The position numbers and the translations under genes are program-made. Positions 14,923 to 27,940 of a DNA stretch of 64,000 nucleotides are shown piece after piece (position 1 is the stretch's first letter; each line of letters starts with the position of its first letter). Where the stretch lies: the NCBI RefSeq assembly GCF_009914755.1, contig NC_060934.1. One strand, written 5' to 3'. Source of the DNA: the human T2T-CHM13v2.0 reference genome, Homo sapiens. The notes beneath the pieces are model-generated. The model was not told where the DNA came from, made no database searches, and saw nothing but the letters and a program-made list of their open reading frames with translations.

Positions 14923-15193
14923 CTGCCCTGGTTCCGTGCATCAGTATACCTGTCCTCTGGGCCAGGCACCTGCTCTGCTCTGGGATGAGAGCGTCAGCAT
15001 CCACGCAGCTCAGCTGTATTCTCCAGGTTGCAGTCTTGGAGGCAGAAAGAGACAGATGCATCCCAAGGGTCCCAGCTCCTCATCCCAGCACCTGGGGCAC
15101 CTTTTGTCCACTCCCCACTGTCTTCCCCCGTCACTGCCCACCCTGTGCCTCCTGGCCCCAGTGGTGCCAGCTGCACCTAGACTGTGGAACCAG
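14923..15193. repeat. Right arm of a local inverted duplication
   Basis: For example, the reverse complement of ccctgtgcctcctggccccagtggtgccagctgcacctaga matches tctaggtgcagctggcatcactggggccaggaggcacaggg at 13912. Confidence 0.9.
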
Positions 15194-15500
15194 AGTCCCG
15201 GTCCCTTCCTGAATGATGATGACATGCTGGGGGACAAGATTTCCATGTAGTCCCCAGCACTGCCCAGAGCCCAGGTCCCATCCCAGGTAAAGACGATGAC
15301 CCCCTTGGGGGACGAGTTTTCCACGCGGTGCCCAGCACTGTCCAGAGCCCGGGTCCTTTCCCAGGTGATGGTGATGCCTCGGAGGACAAGCTTTCCAAGT
15401 GGTGACCAGCACTGCCCAGAGCCTGGTTCCCTTCTCAGGTAATGATGATGACCCCTTGGGGGACAAGATTTCCACGTGGTGCACAGCACCGCAGAGCCCA
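15191..15500. repeat. Diverged minisatellite, ~4 x 74-78 bp
   Basis: ggacaag/ggacgag at 15232, 15310, 15384 and 15461; cagcactgcccagagcc repeated. Confidence 0.85.
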
Positions 15501-16145
15501 TTCTGTGCCAGCCATCTCCACAGGAAACTCCTCACCCTGCTCCTGCAGCCTCCTTAACATGGGCACCCTTCCCAGTGGGAGAAGAATCTGAGCTTCCAAA
15601 AGTTTAAAGAACTTACCCCAGCACCCCTGAGAACCACCAGTGCTCTCTGACCCCACAGCCTCCACTTCTAAACAACTCTGACTCATCCGTGGGCTCTGGG
15701 GGAAAACTGAGGTTTACATAGGTGGTTCTGGGTGAGTCGCTTCTCCTGTCTAAGCCTCAGCGGGGCATATGAACGGCCCCCAGAGCATCATAAACGCTGG
15801 AGGAGAGGACTGATGGCTGTGGATGGACACAGCCGGTGCCTGTGCATAGGAAGCTGTCTCTGGGGATTGCACCTCTCGTATTATTGCTGTGGGGCCGAGA
15901 GCAGTGGCTGGATGTGCGGGTCCTCGAGGCAGCCTGTCCGTGTCTTAGCCTGAGCAATCACTGCCTCTCTGTGTCTCATTCCGCCCGTATATATAATGGG
16001 GCAGTCCCCTTGACTGTGCCACTGGTGTGCATGAGGATGACCTAAGTAAACACCTTGATCGCTTCGAGAACCGCCGGGCAGAGGGCTGGCCTTTGCACTG
16101 CTGAGCTGCATCGCTGCTGGTGTCCCACTGCCACAGGCTGGACAG

Positions 16146-16365
16146 GCCGAGCTAGGAGGGCCCAGTGCTCACGTCTGCCGAGCTAGGAGGGCCCAGTGCT
16201 CACGTCTGCCGAGCTAGGAGGGCCCAGTGCTCACGTCTGCTGAGCTAGGACGGCCCAGTGCTCACGTCTGCTGAGCTAGGACGGCCCAGTGCTCACGTCT
16301 GCTGAGCTAGAAGGGCCCAGTGCTCACGTCTGCTGAGCTAGGACGGCCCAGTGCTCATGTCTGCT
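16146..16365. repeat. Minisatellite, 7 x 31 bp (gccgagctaggagggcccagtgctcacgtct)
   Basis: Near-identical units read directly. Confidence 0.95.
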
Positions 16366-16530
16366 TTGGCTCTACTTTATACTCTTCAAGGGCAGGAGCC
16401 AAGTCAGCTCCATGTCTGACCCCAGAACATAACAGGCTCTGGCGTTGGTCAGTGCTCAGTATCTGTTGTGCTGAATCGCCATGTGCAACCCCGTTGTTTG
16501 ACCATCACAGACGGAGATGAGGTGGAGGCA

Positions 16531-16620
16531 GGGAATCCAGGCAGCCAAGTGACCCCACTGGAGTCCGGGCAGCCAGGTGACCTCTCCTGGATTCCAGGCA
16601 GCCGAGTGACCCCACCTGGA
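16531..16620. repeat. Short tandem repeat, ~3 x 29 bp
   Basis: ggaNtccRggcagcc...gtgacc occurs three times. Confidence 0.75.
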
Positions 16621-17994
16621 CAGCAGTTCCCTTGGTTGGCACCCTGGGTCTGCTGTCCCGCCTTTCTGATAAATTGTCTAGGCTGTTGAAGTCCCAGTTG
16701 GCAGAGGAAGAGTGGATGGAATGGGCCAGGATGAGGCGCAATTTACTGCCAGGCTGCGAGCACCCACGGCTGTGGAGCAAGGGCAGAGCAAACTTCATTC
16801 CACTTCCAAGGCACTGAGCTATGTCGACACATTCATAGCGGAACGGTTGGGGCCTTTATGGGCCATTTCCATTTCTAAAATATGGTGTAAGTTGCAAAGT
16901 GATGATGCAAATGGCAAGAGATATTTACTATATGTGTAGGACTGCAATAAATATTTCTTTTATGTCCTAAATAAAACCCCAAAATTGTGAGTGTTTTGTG
17001 GGCCTCTTTTATGTCTTCCCATTATGGTCCTCGTCTTGTGATTTAGCCAAAATTTGGTGGCAGTGAACATGAGCTACAATGGAGCTATCTCTGACACTGA
17101 GCACAGCCATGCACAGAGCTTGTCTTTCTGCCAGTGTCCTGGAGGGAGCCCCACCCAAGAGAAACAGAAAACAGTCAGGACAAAGACGGGTGGCACCTCA
17201 ACATACAGGGAAACAGCCACCGAATGCAATACGCTGATTTCCGCCCTTAGAATCCACGAGTAGATGAGGACTCCTGTTCTCATATCTCAGAGGGCAGTGT
17301 ATTATATAAAAGATGAAGTAGGCAAAGACGGCGCATTCACAAATACATTGGAATCAAGAGAGCATTTCAATTCCGTTAGCCTGAGCTACAAAAAAAATAG
17401 AGGGTGCATATCTCTGACTTTGTTATTAAATGTGCATTTTGGAGAAGTGGAGGGAGTTGAAATGGTAGTAGAAATGATTCATTTCTCAGCACACTTTGCC
17501 AGAAGGTGATTTATTTTAAAAAGCATATGGACGCCCACATTTCTCCACTTCTCAGGCAGAATTAGAGGACTGAAATGGAGAGATCTATCTCGGATGGACG
17601 TGGAGATGAATCAAGTAAAATCACCCACTGAAGCCAACGCTGCACTCTTTCTAAAAGTCTAGAGAAAGAATTTGTCCTCCGGTGGGAAAAATCATCCAGT
17701 TTGTTTCTGTTTCCTTGACTTCTAACTGCTTGGGGTAGAGATTATCTCCCCAAATGATGCCAGGCAGGCCCAAGACCGGGTTCCCCAGAAATGAGTCATG
17801 GACAGGAGTTTACGGAATTGACACATCCAGGTAGGGTTGCTGGAGATTCAGAAATGTGGAGGCTCTCATGCGTTCTGTCTGTGATATAAACCCTCATGCC
17901 AGCCTCCCAGGGGAGGGTCTGCCTGAATAGGAGCCACTGGGGGTCGTATGTAGAGACAGGCAGGCTATTTTAGAGCAATGGGGCTGTTCAGGGA

Positions 17995-18100
17995 CACACA
18001 CACACAGTGCATGCACATACACACATACACACATGTGCACTTACACACCCACACCCCCATATGGTGCATGTTCACACATGTGCACGCACACACACACACA
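17995..18100. repeat. Degenerate (CA)n tract
   Basis: Direct inspection. Confidence 0.8.
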
Positions 18101-21100
18101 TCAGCAGGGAGGGGCTCAGCCCCAGTGGCTCCATACTGCTTTTCTGGGCCCCAGCTCAGTTCCGGGAGCTCTCCCATCAGGCTGGGGATGCAGAGTGCTT
18201 GATCCCAAGCCCTGCCCTCAAAGGCACATAAACCCAAGAGGACATTCTTTTCTTGCTAGTCCAACAAAAGCATTTCTGAAATAAAAAGTTCTGTTTAGAA
18301 CGTCTTCTTGCTCCAACTGGCCAATATGACCCCTGCCACATTTTTTCCTTAGACAATCTTGGCTTGCAATCCTGGTGGGCAGAGGAGATAGGGCTGGATC
18401 CTAGTTCCAGGAGAGAGGGTGGGATGCTGGAGCAGGTGGCAGAAATGTCGTAGTTTGGCCCCGAGCCTGTGTGCAGTGAGCTTCCTTCTTTACAGACAAC
18501 CACCTCACAGGAAATGTGCCAGGTCATAAGAGCAGAGAAAAAGCCAAAACCAGGAAACAAGCATCGCTCTGAGTGAACATTCTCTGCCTGATCTGAGCAA
18601 GGCATGCATTCTCGGTGGGCGGGACAGTTGGTGTTTATGTAGTTGCTACAGACCTCTGAGTGGAAGTCTTGCTGTGACCCCTGTGTCTGGAACTCCAGCA
18701 GAGGGGTGCACTCACATGAGCACACATTCTGCAATGGGAGAAGCTCTGCCCAGGAGTGAACTGAGCTCAAGGCCAAGGCCAACGTTCCTTGTTTTATCTT
18801 CTCCCAGCAGATGGAGGCTGGAAAGGCTCTGGAGGAGACAAGGCTTGGATTGGGCAGCAGGAAGAGATTCCAGCATGGGGGGAGTATTCAGACCCTTCTT
18901 GACCTTGACGGTCAGCAGGGTCTCTCAGCCTGGCAGGTCCACAGGGCATCCCAGGGTCAGTGGCCCCCACACTGGGGCACCAGTCTTGGGCGGCCTTGCA
19001 GGGCAAGAGCTGGAGTGAGGCTTGCTGGGCCGACAGGACTGGGAGTGTGGAACACAATGCCTGAGTCTCTGTGCCTCTGATACAGGCAGATGTGGTGGGC
19101 ACACTGGGCTCCTGGCCTGCATAGCAGGATGGTCACGTGGGCTGTTCCAACAAGCTTAGTGGCAATTCGTGAAAATGAGAAATCTGACCACGGCTACTTT
19201 TTTCTTATTTTCCTTTCCTCTCTACCTCAATTCTGTCAAAAATTTTAAAACAGCAAATGGCCAAGTTCAGTGGCCAAAGAGCAACCCAGCCACCTGTCCC
19301 CAGACTGGCCAGTTCCTGCCAGGGTGGCCAGCTGGAGCCTGCGGTCAGGACCTCCCGACCAACAGGAAGGGCACCTCTCTGCCTGAGGTCAGAAGCTGCT
19401 GGAAGATCTATGCTGTCCCCAAGACGGAGCCCCTGCAGGCTGCCCAGCATGGGTCAGGGCAGGGCAGGTGGAGGAGGACTGGCCAGTGTAGAAGGCAGCA
19501 TGGGTCAGGGCGGGGCAGGTGGAAGTATAGAAGGCAGCACTCACCTGGCTGGAGGCTGGACTTGTGGTCACAGGGTCCCCGGCCTGAGGCTTTGCCTGAT
19601 GGATGCTGCTCCCTTTGCCTGGTGGGAGCTCTGAGCTGCTCTGAATGAGGGCATATGGGATGCTGGGAGTGAAAACCAGTGGCCGGACACAGAGCTTCTC
19701 CGTGAGTAGTGGCGGGATTGTGGCCCAAGGCCGGAGGGGCGGCAGGTGGGGCGGCAGGGAGAGGACTGCGTCCTGTGTCAGGCTGATCTCTACAAAGGAA
19801 ACCCCCTTTTCCACTCTTGGGACACCTCAGATTCCCCCATCGTACCAGCCCAGGGATAAATCCAGGATGGCCACATGGAAAATAGCAGCCCTGTAGTTTA
19901 GGCTCAGCCTGCCCATGTAGGAACACTCGTCTTACCCCTAAGCCCCATCTCAGCTCCTCCTCCAAATTCTGGGAGCCTGGAGAATACCCGCTATCATTTC
20001 AGCCTTTTCTAAAAGTGTCTGCTTTGGTTTCAGAGACCGGCTGCCAAGAGTTCAGTGGGCATAGGTGCTGCAGGCGCAGCGTCTGTCCGCGTTTGGGCAG
20101 GCTGCCCACTGACCTGGGCAGAATAGAGAGGAAGTTGCTATTGAGCTGCTCATTTATGGAACAGCTTCATATCGGCACAGTCTCTGTTTGTGGATTATTC
20201 TAGCAGTGCCCAGAGCAAAATGCCTGCACCAGGCTTTGAAGGGAACGAGTTGGCAAAGTCATCTGATTACCAACTTTTATGTGTGGAGGAGATATGCCGG
20301 CAGAGCAAGAGAGCAGCTGTTTTCATTTGTGGTTTGCAAACCAAGGTCGCGGCGGGTTGAGAGTATTTGGACGAGGTGACTGGGCTGGAAGTAATTCATC
20401 ATTTCAGGATGGCCTGGGCCCTTGCGGCACATTCACACGCTGCCCAACACACACTGCATTGGAAAACCCCAGTGACTGTGTGCTAAGTCGACGGAGAGAT
20501 GGTACACAGCTAACTGGCTTTACAATTCCCATCCCGCTCCAGACAGGGGTTTGTTAGATCGGGAATTAGGCTGTGTGGTGTCCATCTGGCCACACATTCC
20601 CCACTCAGGCAATTGATCCATTCAATCACTCATGTGCCCTCTCTTGCTGAAGAGGTTGCTGACATCCCAACCACAGGGAATAGATCCTGTGTAATGGGAT
20701 GCAGGGCAGGGGTCAAACGCGAGAATGACCCCACGACTGCTCCCCAAACTCAACATGACATGAACTTGGATGGGATGGATCAGAGAAGAGATGGTCCAGG
20801 TCACTGCTGAGAGAAAGGTTAGTGACCTGCAGGACTCGGTTCCAATGAGGCAGGAGGTGCTCGTGTATCTAAGCAGAGAGGCACCAATGAGAACAGGAAG
20901 AGGGAGCTTTGAAAAATAAGGGAGAAAATAGGGCAATTGTCCACAGTGCTGACTGAACTGCTGATTGGGGAAGAGAACTGGCTCAACGGCCCTGAGGACA
21001 TGGGCTCGTGGGAAGGGCCACCCACACGGTAGAGACGAACGTCCCAGACTTCAGCTTCCTCTGCGATGACTGGAGACTCACAGGAGGTGTTGTCTCTGCT

Positions 21101-21987
21101 CTGAGCTCTGCTTGCCAAAGAGCCTCTGGGTGGGCCTTGTCTTCTCGTGGGGATCTGCCCCTAGACGCCTGAGCAGCCGTCGGTCAGGGCAAACCCTCTG
21201 CTTCCCAGGCCACCGGCCTCGTCATCGGAAAGGAAGCAGTCAGATTGTACATTGGCTCTGAGTGCAGTGTGGTGGGACATATCCCCGGAGAGCCAGAGCC
21301 ACTCTCAGGAGGCAGCTGCATTACGGTCCCCTGCCTGCCTGTCCAGCTAGGGGCCAGACCCCCATCAATTCAACTCCCCTGGGAGAGACACTGGCAGAGG
21401 TGACTGGGGTCTCCAGGGGACTCACCTCTGCAGTGCAATGGGCAGTGCTCCACCTGATTTCCTTCTCTATGCCTTGGGAGAAGCTGAAGAGGATCCTCGT
21501 GTCCGCCATACCTGCTGGGCTATTCCAGACACACTTCTGTATCACGCTCGCCAGCGCCCTCTAAGAGGCAGAGCTGTGAGTGCACCCAACGCGCAGATGG
21601 GGAGACGGTGGCTCAGACAAGCTGTCGCAGCTCAGGCTCTCCAGCCCCAGGACCAACAGCGGAAACTACCAGGCCTTTACCAGAGCCATGCGAGGCCCTG
21701 GGCAGACCACAGCAGCGCAGGATGATGTGGGCTGGCCCCTCACCTCCAGGAGGGAGGTCTGACGATGGCATTTTGTCTGAGATGCCCGTATCATCACTCA
21801 GGCTCGTCATGAGGACGGGCCGCAGCTCCCAGGGGTGTGCCAGAGCAATTGTCTCAGCCGGTGACTCAAGGAAGGAGGAGATTCGTGGGCAAAGGCCTGG
21901 AGACGCTGTTTGCCCGGCAGCCACGTACAGGCGCCTGCGTCCCGGCCTCTGCTCGCCTCGTGATCCTCATCTCGAATCATGTGATTT

Positions 21988-22330
21988 GCAGTGGCCTGAG
22001 CACGTCCCCCAAAAACTCACGTGTGAAACCAAACCCCAAGGTAATCGTGTGAGGAGGTGGGGCCTTTGGGAGGTGATTAAGAAATGAGGGTGGAGCCTTC
22101 AGGAATGGGATCAGTGTCTTATCAGACAGGCCCCAGAGAGCTCCCTCGCTCCCTCTGCCCTGTGGGGACACAGCCAGGAGGGCCCCGTCTTTGAGGAAGG
22201 GGCCCTCACCAGACGCCAACTCTGCCGGTGCCTTGATCTTCGACTTCTAGACTCCAGAACCGTGAGAATTAAAGTCCTGTGGTTTTAAGCACCCCAGGGT
22301 AGGGCAAGGGGTAACAGCAGCCTGGAGCAC
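21988..22330 (+). mobile_element. MaLR LTR (MLT1A-like)
   Basis: ggtggggcctttgggaggtgatta...ctgccggtgccttgatcttcgacttctagactccagaaccgtgaga are hallmark MLT1/MST motifs. Confidence 0.85.
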
Positions 22331-23034
22331 TGTGCACCTGCCCGTCTGGTTTCCGCCTGCCTCCCCAGGTCCAAGTTCCCCGAAAGCAAGACGCACGCCA
22401 TCCTGTTTCCTGCTGGAGCCTCTGTGTTGGCGACAGTGCCCCGGCATATCTTAGGAACTCATCAGTATTTGTTGAACAAATGAAGGAATGTGACACTTAC
22501 TATATTGTCTCGCTCTCCATGACGTACATTGAAGGGATTTTGAGAAGCCCCTGGTTGGCCTGTGTCATGTCTCAGCTGTTCAGCATGGGTCCCGTGCCTT
22601 TCAGAGGCAGAGCACCAAAGATGCAGCCGACCAGACGCACCCTGAGGGAATGGCCGCTGCTGGCAGTTCCCTGGGCAGATCTTGTTACTGTCCTCAGAGC
22701 CTCAGTGTGAGCGGCCCCTTCTGCCTGGAAGGCTCTGCTCCTGAGTTCCCCCAGCTCAACCTCAGGACTTGTCTGTCCCCCTCACTCTCCCCACTTGCTC
22801 CCCTCCCACAGTCCCCCTGCACACTCCCAGGCAGCATGTGCCACCCTGTGTGTCAGTGGCTTGATGATCTCTGAGCTGCTTGAAGACCAGGCTTCCGAGG
22901 CTCCCTTCCAGCAGTGCCCAGCCCAGGAGACGCAGAGCACACGTCAAAGGAATAAAGGAATGAGCGCCTGCAGGAAGGGACGTTACTTCTCACAAAGCCA
23001 CAGCCCCAAGTGCCCTGGGAGAGGCCCAGGGTCC

Positions 23035-23270
23035 AGTGCAGGGTGTGGTTTGCGCATCTGGAGTCAAACAGACTTCTGTGCAAGTTCTGGCTGTGTCCCT
23101 ATTACCCAGACTTCGGACAAATTGCTCACTCTTTCTAAACTTCAGAGTCTTCTGTGAAGTGAGAGTGGCAATAGGATTTACCTCAAAGGACTGTTGAGAG
23201 GACAAAATGAGTCAAGGAAGAAAGGACTGAGCTCCACACTGGTCTAGTATGAGCATTTGCTCAATTACTC
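23035..23270 (+). mobile_element. MIR SINE, degraded
   Basis: MIR-core-like ...acttcagagtcttctgtgaagtgaga...acctcaaaggactgttgagaggacaaaatgag. Confidence 0.55.
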
Positions 23271-23344
23271 ACTATGATTAGTATCCGGATTATTTACAGA
23301 TCACGGGTCATGGTCATTTGGACATAGGAGCATGTTCCACTTAC

Positions 23345-23790
23345 AATGACTGTGCACCAATCACCTGCAAACAGTGGCTTAAAACAATGACCCCTTTGAT
23401 TTTGCTCCTGGGTGTGCGCTTTGGGCAGGGCTCAGTGTGGAGCTGGTGTCCGCCCAGCTCAGTGTCAGAAGGTGCCTTCAAGGGCTGGGAGCTGGGCTCC
23501 TAGGAGTCTCCCGCACTAGCTCATGTCGCCTGAGGCCTCAGCTGGGGCCTCTCCATGCAGCCAGGGCTTCCTCACACTATGGTGGCTCCCACAGGAGAAT
23601 GTCCTGGGCAAGGAGGAGACAGGCAGAGGCTGCCTCCTTTCAGAGCCTGGCCTGGCAAGTCACATGCATCCTCCTCGTGCTCTCTGGTTGAAAGAAGTCA
23701 CCAGTCCCTGCTGGATTCACGGGGAGGGAACCCAGACCCCACCCTTTGTCATGGCCATGGCAAGGGGAGCACGTGGACTGTGGGGTATGT
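23345..23790 (-). mobile_element. Old MaLR LTR (MLT1 H/J-like), degraded
   Basis: agtggcttaaaacaa...gggcttcctcacactatggtggct...aagtcac are typical of reverse MLT1. Confidence 0.5.
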
Positions 23791-24401
23791 CCATGTGTCT
23801 CTGTAAAGCATGCAGTGGTGAGGGGGGAGCACAGCCTGCACTGTGTAGATAGACACTGCTGGTCCTATGCCTGGAGAAGCCACCGGAGCCCCAGAAGAGG
23901 CTATTTCCACATGGCTTCCACTCCCTCACCTCCAATACAATAAATACGCATGACTTTAAGATCCCCAAATGATTTCTAAGTGTAATGCAATTTTTAAAGA
24001 TCGAGTCTTGGAAAATAGAGCTTGGAGGCAGGAATGGATTCAATTGAAGACAAAATCCCTAAAACTGTATGGAAACAATTCTCTGTTTGCTCTGAATTCT
24101 GCTCTCCCGAGCAGCTGTCCGAATCCCTGTTGTCTGTGCCCCCTCACCCCACTGCTGTCCTCTGTCCCCCACTGTCCCTGTTCTCACGGGGACGGCCCTC
24201 CCTCCTCATTGCCTGTGCCCAAGAGCACAGTGACTTTACAAATGCCGATCTTCAAGGGTCTCCTCATGTTGGCAGGCCCGCCAAGGGCACGACTTCATTA
24301 TGCTGACAGCATTTTACAAATAGGAGTTTTTCACCTGCAACACGCTTCACATTCCTGCAACACGCTTCACATTCTTAATGGAGAAAAGACAAACAAAAAA
24401 A

Positions 24402-24433
<32 letters not shown>

Positions 24434-25721
24434 AAGAAAAAGCAAGTATTTTGGGGGCAATACAATTTCCTCTTATTATTGTTAATGGATTGTTTGAAGC
24501 AGATCATTTGAACAAAGCAACAAGAAAATAAACAGTAGCAATAATAAACATTTAGTAAGAAAACAAACAGAACACTGAGTGAACCACGAGAAAGAAATGC
24601 GTCCTGACCACCTGTGAAGAAACGGCAGGGGCGTGAGTCCGCGCAGGCTCATCCAGCTCCGTCACTTCACGCTCCTCCTCTGGTCATGACTGCTCAAGGC
24701 CAGGAAGGCCCAGGGCCCCCTCATCCTCCCTGTGGGGGCCTCCCCACAGAGCAGGGGGTGCCGGGGAGCGGGTGACCGGCAAGGGGCATGCTCTGACGTG
24801 CGGAGGGGCTGGCAGATCTGGCGGCACCAGGAGGAGCTGAGAACTCCCAGGCAGAGAGAGGTGGCCGGGGTGGGGACGGGGTGGGCAGAGAACCCCTGAG
24901 CTGAGACCCCAGGGGCAAGTCCGAGAGAAGGGCAGAGTCTGAGAGGAGGATGAAGGAGGAGCGAGGGGAGGGTGGCAGGTGTTAGTGAAAGGCAAGGGCC
25001 CCAGGAAGGTGAGAGGTGGGTGGGCCCAGCCAGCCGACAGCCGCAGGAAGCTCTTGGGCTCTGGAGCTTGGAGGGAAGCTTCTGTCCCGTGACTAGGGCC
25101 AGCGACTGCCTCTCCTTCCGCTCTCTTGCTGGTCCTAAGTGGGATTCAGTGACTTCTGATGGACACGCTAATAGAATATTTTAGTTTCCTGCTAAATCCT
25201 AAGAGGTTATTATCAAGATCATCCAAGTTATGTTAGTGGCATTTAAAATGAAAGTGTAACATGGAAAAATGAAATTACAACCTAATACTGTTTTTCTATA
25301 ATATCTTAAATACATACTGAAACTAAAAAGGTTACTTATATCTACAGCCCCCAAAGTAGGAGACCATTGGAAATGCACTCCCTATAGACACCACGTGGGG
25401 TTTCAGAGCTCGTTTTCTCCCTGAACACGTCCCTAATTACACCCGCGTTCCGCCTTCATCTCCACGGCATTGCGATGGGCCCACAGATGGGCGTGCAGGT
25501 AGATACAACCATAAGCGTGGAGATAGCTCCATCACTCAGGTAGCCAAGACTTTCAATCATTTAAGTCTCTTAGATTCATAATCATGGCTGTATGAACTAA
25601 CATACAAGGCCCCCGAATATTTGGATGAAAAGCAAAAATACCTGGGAGTTTTCCTCCAGGCCGGGGGCACTCGTGTCTCCCTAAGCACTGAGAGAGACGG
25701 ATCCTTCCGCGTTCATGAAAA

Positions 25722-25736
25722 CAGCTAGATGGCGCC
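25722..25736 (+). promoter_or_regulatory. CTCF-like motif CAGCTAGATGGCGCC
   Basis: Close match to the CTCF core CCASYAGRKGGCRS in a CpG-retaining patch. Confidence 0.6.
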
Positions 25737-25754
25737 CTCCCCGTGCGCTCACGC

Positions 25755-25770
25755 TGACGTCATTTCCGGT
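25755..25770 (-). promoter_or_regulatory. Overlapping ETS-CRE composite (ACCGGAAATGACGTCA)
   Basis: Full palindromic CRE TGACGTCA (25755-25762) overlapping an ETS site; one mismatch from CCGGAAGTGACGTCA. Confidence 0.55.
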
Positions 25771-27940
25771 GTCCCTGTGTCTCGGCGTGAGCATTCGATA
25801 ATTACCATCCGGGCGACAATGGAAATGATGGCGGGGAAGGGGTCACGGCCCTGATGGCCCACAGATGGCCACTCGCTAGAGGTGACGGAGGAGGGCTTAC
25901 CAGAGTGTGACCCCGAACACTGGAGCCGAGCTGAGGGAAGTCAGGGAGGGCAGAGTACCTGGGAAAAGCCACCGCAGATGCTGCTTCTGGCCCAGGCCTG
26001 AAGGAGCGGGAAAGGCCGCTGTTGCCAAAGTCCATGTGAGCTGTGGCTGTAGGAACAGCTCCCTGACCAGAGCTGTGGCCTTGGGCAAAGGAATCAATGT
26101 GGGCAGGCAGCAGGGGAGAGGGGGAACTGACACCCCAAACTCTCTCCCCGCCCCCCTGCCCCACTGTTTCCTGCCGCTGCCTCCCATTGACAGAACCAGC
26201 CAAGAGCAGGAAGGAAGAGAGCCCAGAGCCGCGACGTGGGAGACTTGGGGGCCACAGGGCGGGGCAGAACCCCCTGGGAGAGGATCTTTGGGGACGAATA
26301 GAAACTATGGTGCTCGGGCCCCTCACCCCGCAGCGCACTCACAGGCATTGGTGAGGATGGGCCCCAGCCCCAACGTGGGAGAATCCATGGAGGCGACACC
26401 GCACGGTCCCCAGCAGAGACCCGGGGCAGTGGGCCGAGTGAGATAACGGGGGAGAGGAAGGGGGAGACGTGATCCACGGAAAAGCTCAGCTGCTCGGGTC
26501 TTATTTCCAGAGACAGCCGTGAGCCCTCAGACAAGAATCACTGCTTCCACCTCCGTCTCAGGCTCCTTTTACCCAAAACCACGTGATGGGTGAGCCAAGC
26601 TTGCTTTTCTGTGGGTTCCAAGTCTTCTCCACTCCTGACTTTCTGAGTTGATGAGTTTCCTGCCGACCAGTGCCAAGCATTGAGTGGTACTGAAGATGCC
26701 CAGCAAATCCCCCAGGGTCCAGTCATGGTTCTCCGAGTCCTCATTATGTGGAAGTGGGAGAACTCGCCCCAGCCAGTAGAGCGGCCACCTTCTCCACCTC
26801 CTGCTTCAGAGCCAGGAGGGGTCCGCATAGCAGGAAGCTGCCACAGCCTCCAACTGAGCAGAACCAAGATGGTGAGCGAACTCTGCTCTTGGGCAACAAG
26901 CTGTTCACACTCACCAGCTCGGGGCTGTGGGGATGGACATAAAGATTCCCTAAGGAGGTTACTGAGTCGAATGACCGAAGGGGCCACTCCCACCTCCCCT
27001 CGTTGCACCTGGTTCCAGGGGAGATGCAGCCTCTTGCAGGCTGCTGGGCTCAGGCGGGCACCATAACCCGCAGGCACCAGACCCTCAGGCGGCACCGCAT
27101 CCAGGCCATCGCAGGTCATTCCAGACTTCATCAAGGCAGCTGCTGTGGGGGTGGGCACATGGGAACACCACTGAGTCGGGTGGCTCTGAGCTCATTGTTG
27201 CAACGGCTTTCACTTGCAATGAATCCCTTGGTTAACAAGACATCCTGCGGGCAGCCCTGGAGATGGAGGCCATCCTGCAGGAATCGGGTCGTGATCATGG
27301 TAGAAGTGCTTCAGGCCGGGAAGGAACATCTGCCTCTGGGGAGGTAATCGAATGAGAAGAAATTGCTTCCTCATTAATGAGACAATTCCACATGATCAAC
27401 CCAGCAAAGGGGCCATCGATGAGACTGAACATTGGCCTTTTGTGGCAGTAGCTCCACCCTCTCCCTGAGCAATTCTCCTAAAGCCCATGCAGACCCTGCA
27501 TCCCTGCCCTGTGGTCACTTTGAAGTTGGCCCAGTGGGTAAGAATCAGGGTAGTGAGGGAAAGACACGGGCTGATGGCCCAGGACCATTGTCTTCTCCCC
27601 TGGTATTAGAGCGTGCCTGGTGAAGGGGGTCTCCCAAGCACATGGGACCTGAAGATCGCTGCACTCTGCACCCATCCCAACAATTCCCAGATCTCCTCAT
27701 CTCTTGCTTGAAGTAGACACTCAGTAAACCCAGCCCATAAGCTGGTGCTCCCCTTTCACAGACAGGAGGGTAAGGTTTACAAAGTGGTGGCTTCTACAGC
27801 CAGAGGCCACTCACTGAGACTCCTCCTTCACAATGGCCATCAGTACCACTCCGGACCAGGCCATGACTGGTGTCTGGAGCCAGCAGAGCTGGGGGCTCCC
27901 CCATGAGTCCTAGCAAGCACCTTCCCTCCTCTGTCAGCGG

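Noticed and set aside
13900-15193. Reading the inverted arms as terminal inverted repeats of a DNA transposon
   Set aside because: No flanking target-site duplication and no transposase remnant in the spacer; kept only as a local inverted duplication.
16146-16365. 31-bp repeat array resembling a CRISPR repeat in length
   Set aside because: Units are contiguous with no unique spacers, no cas genes are present and the context is human; it is a minisatellite.
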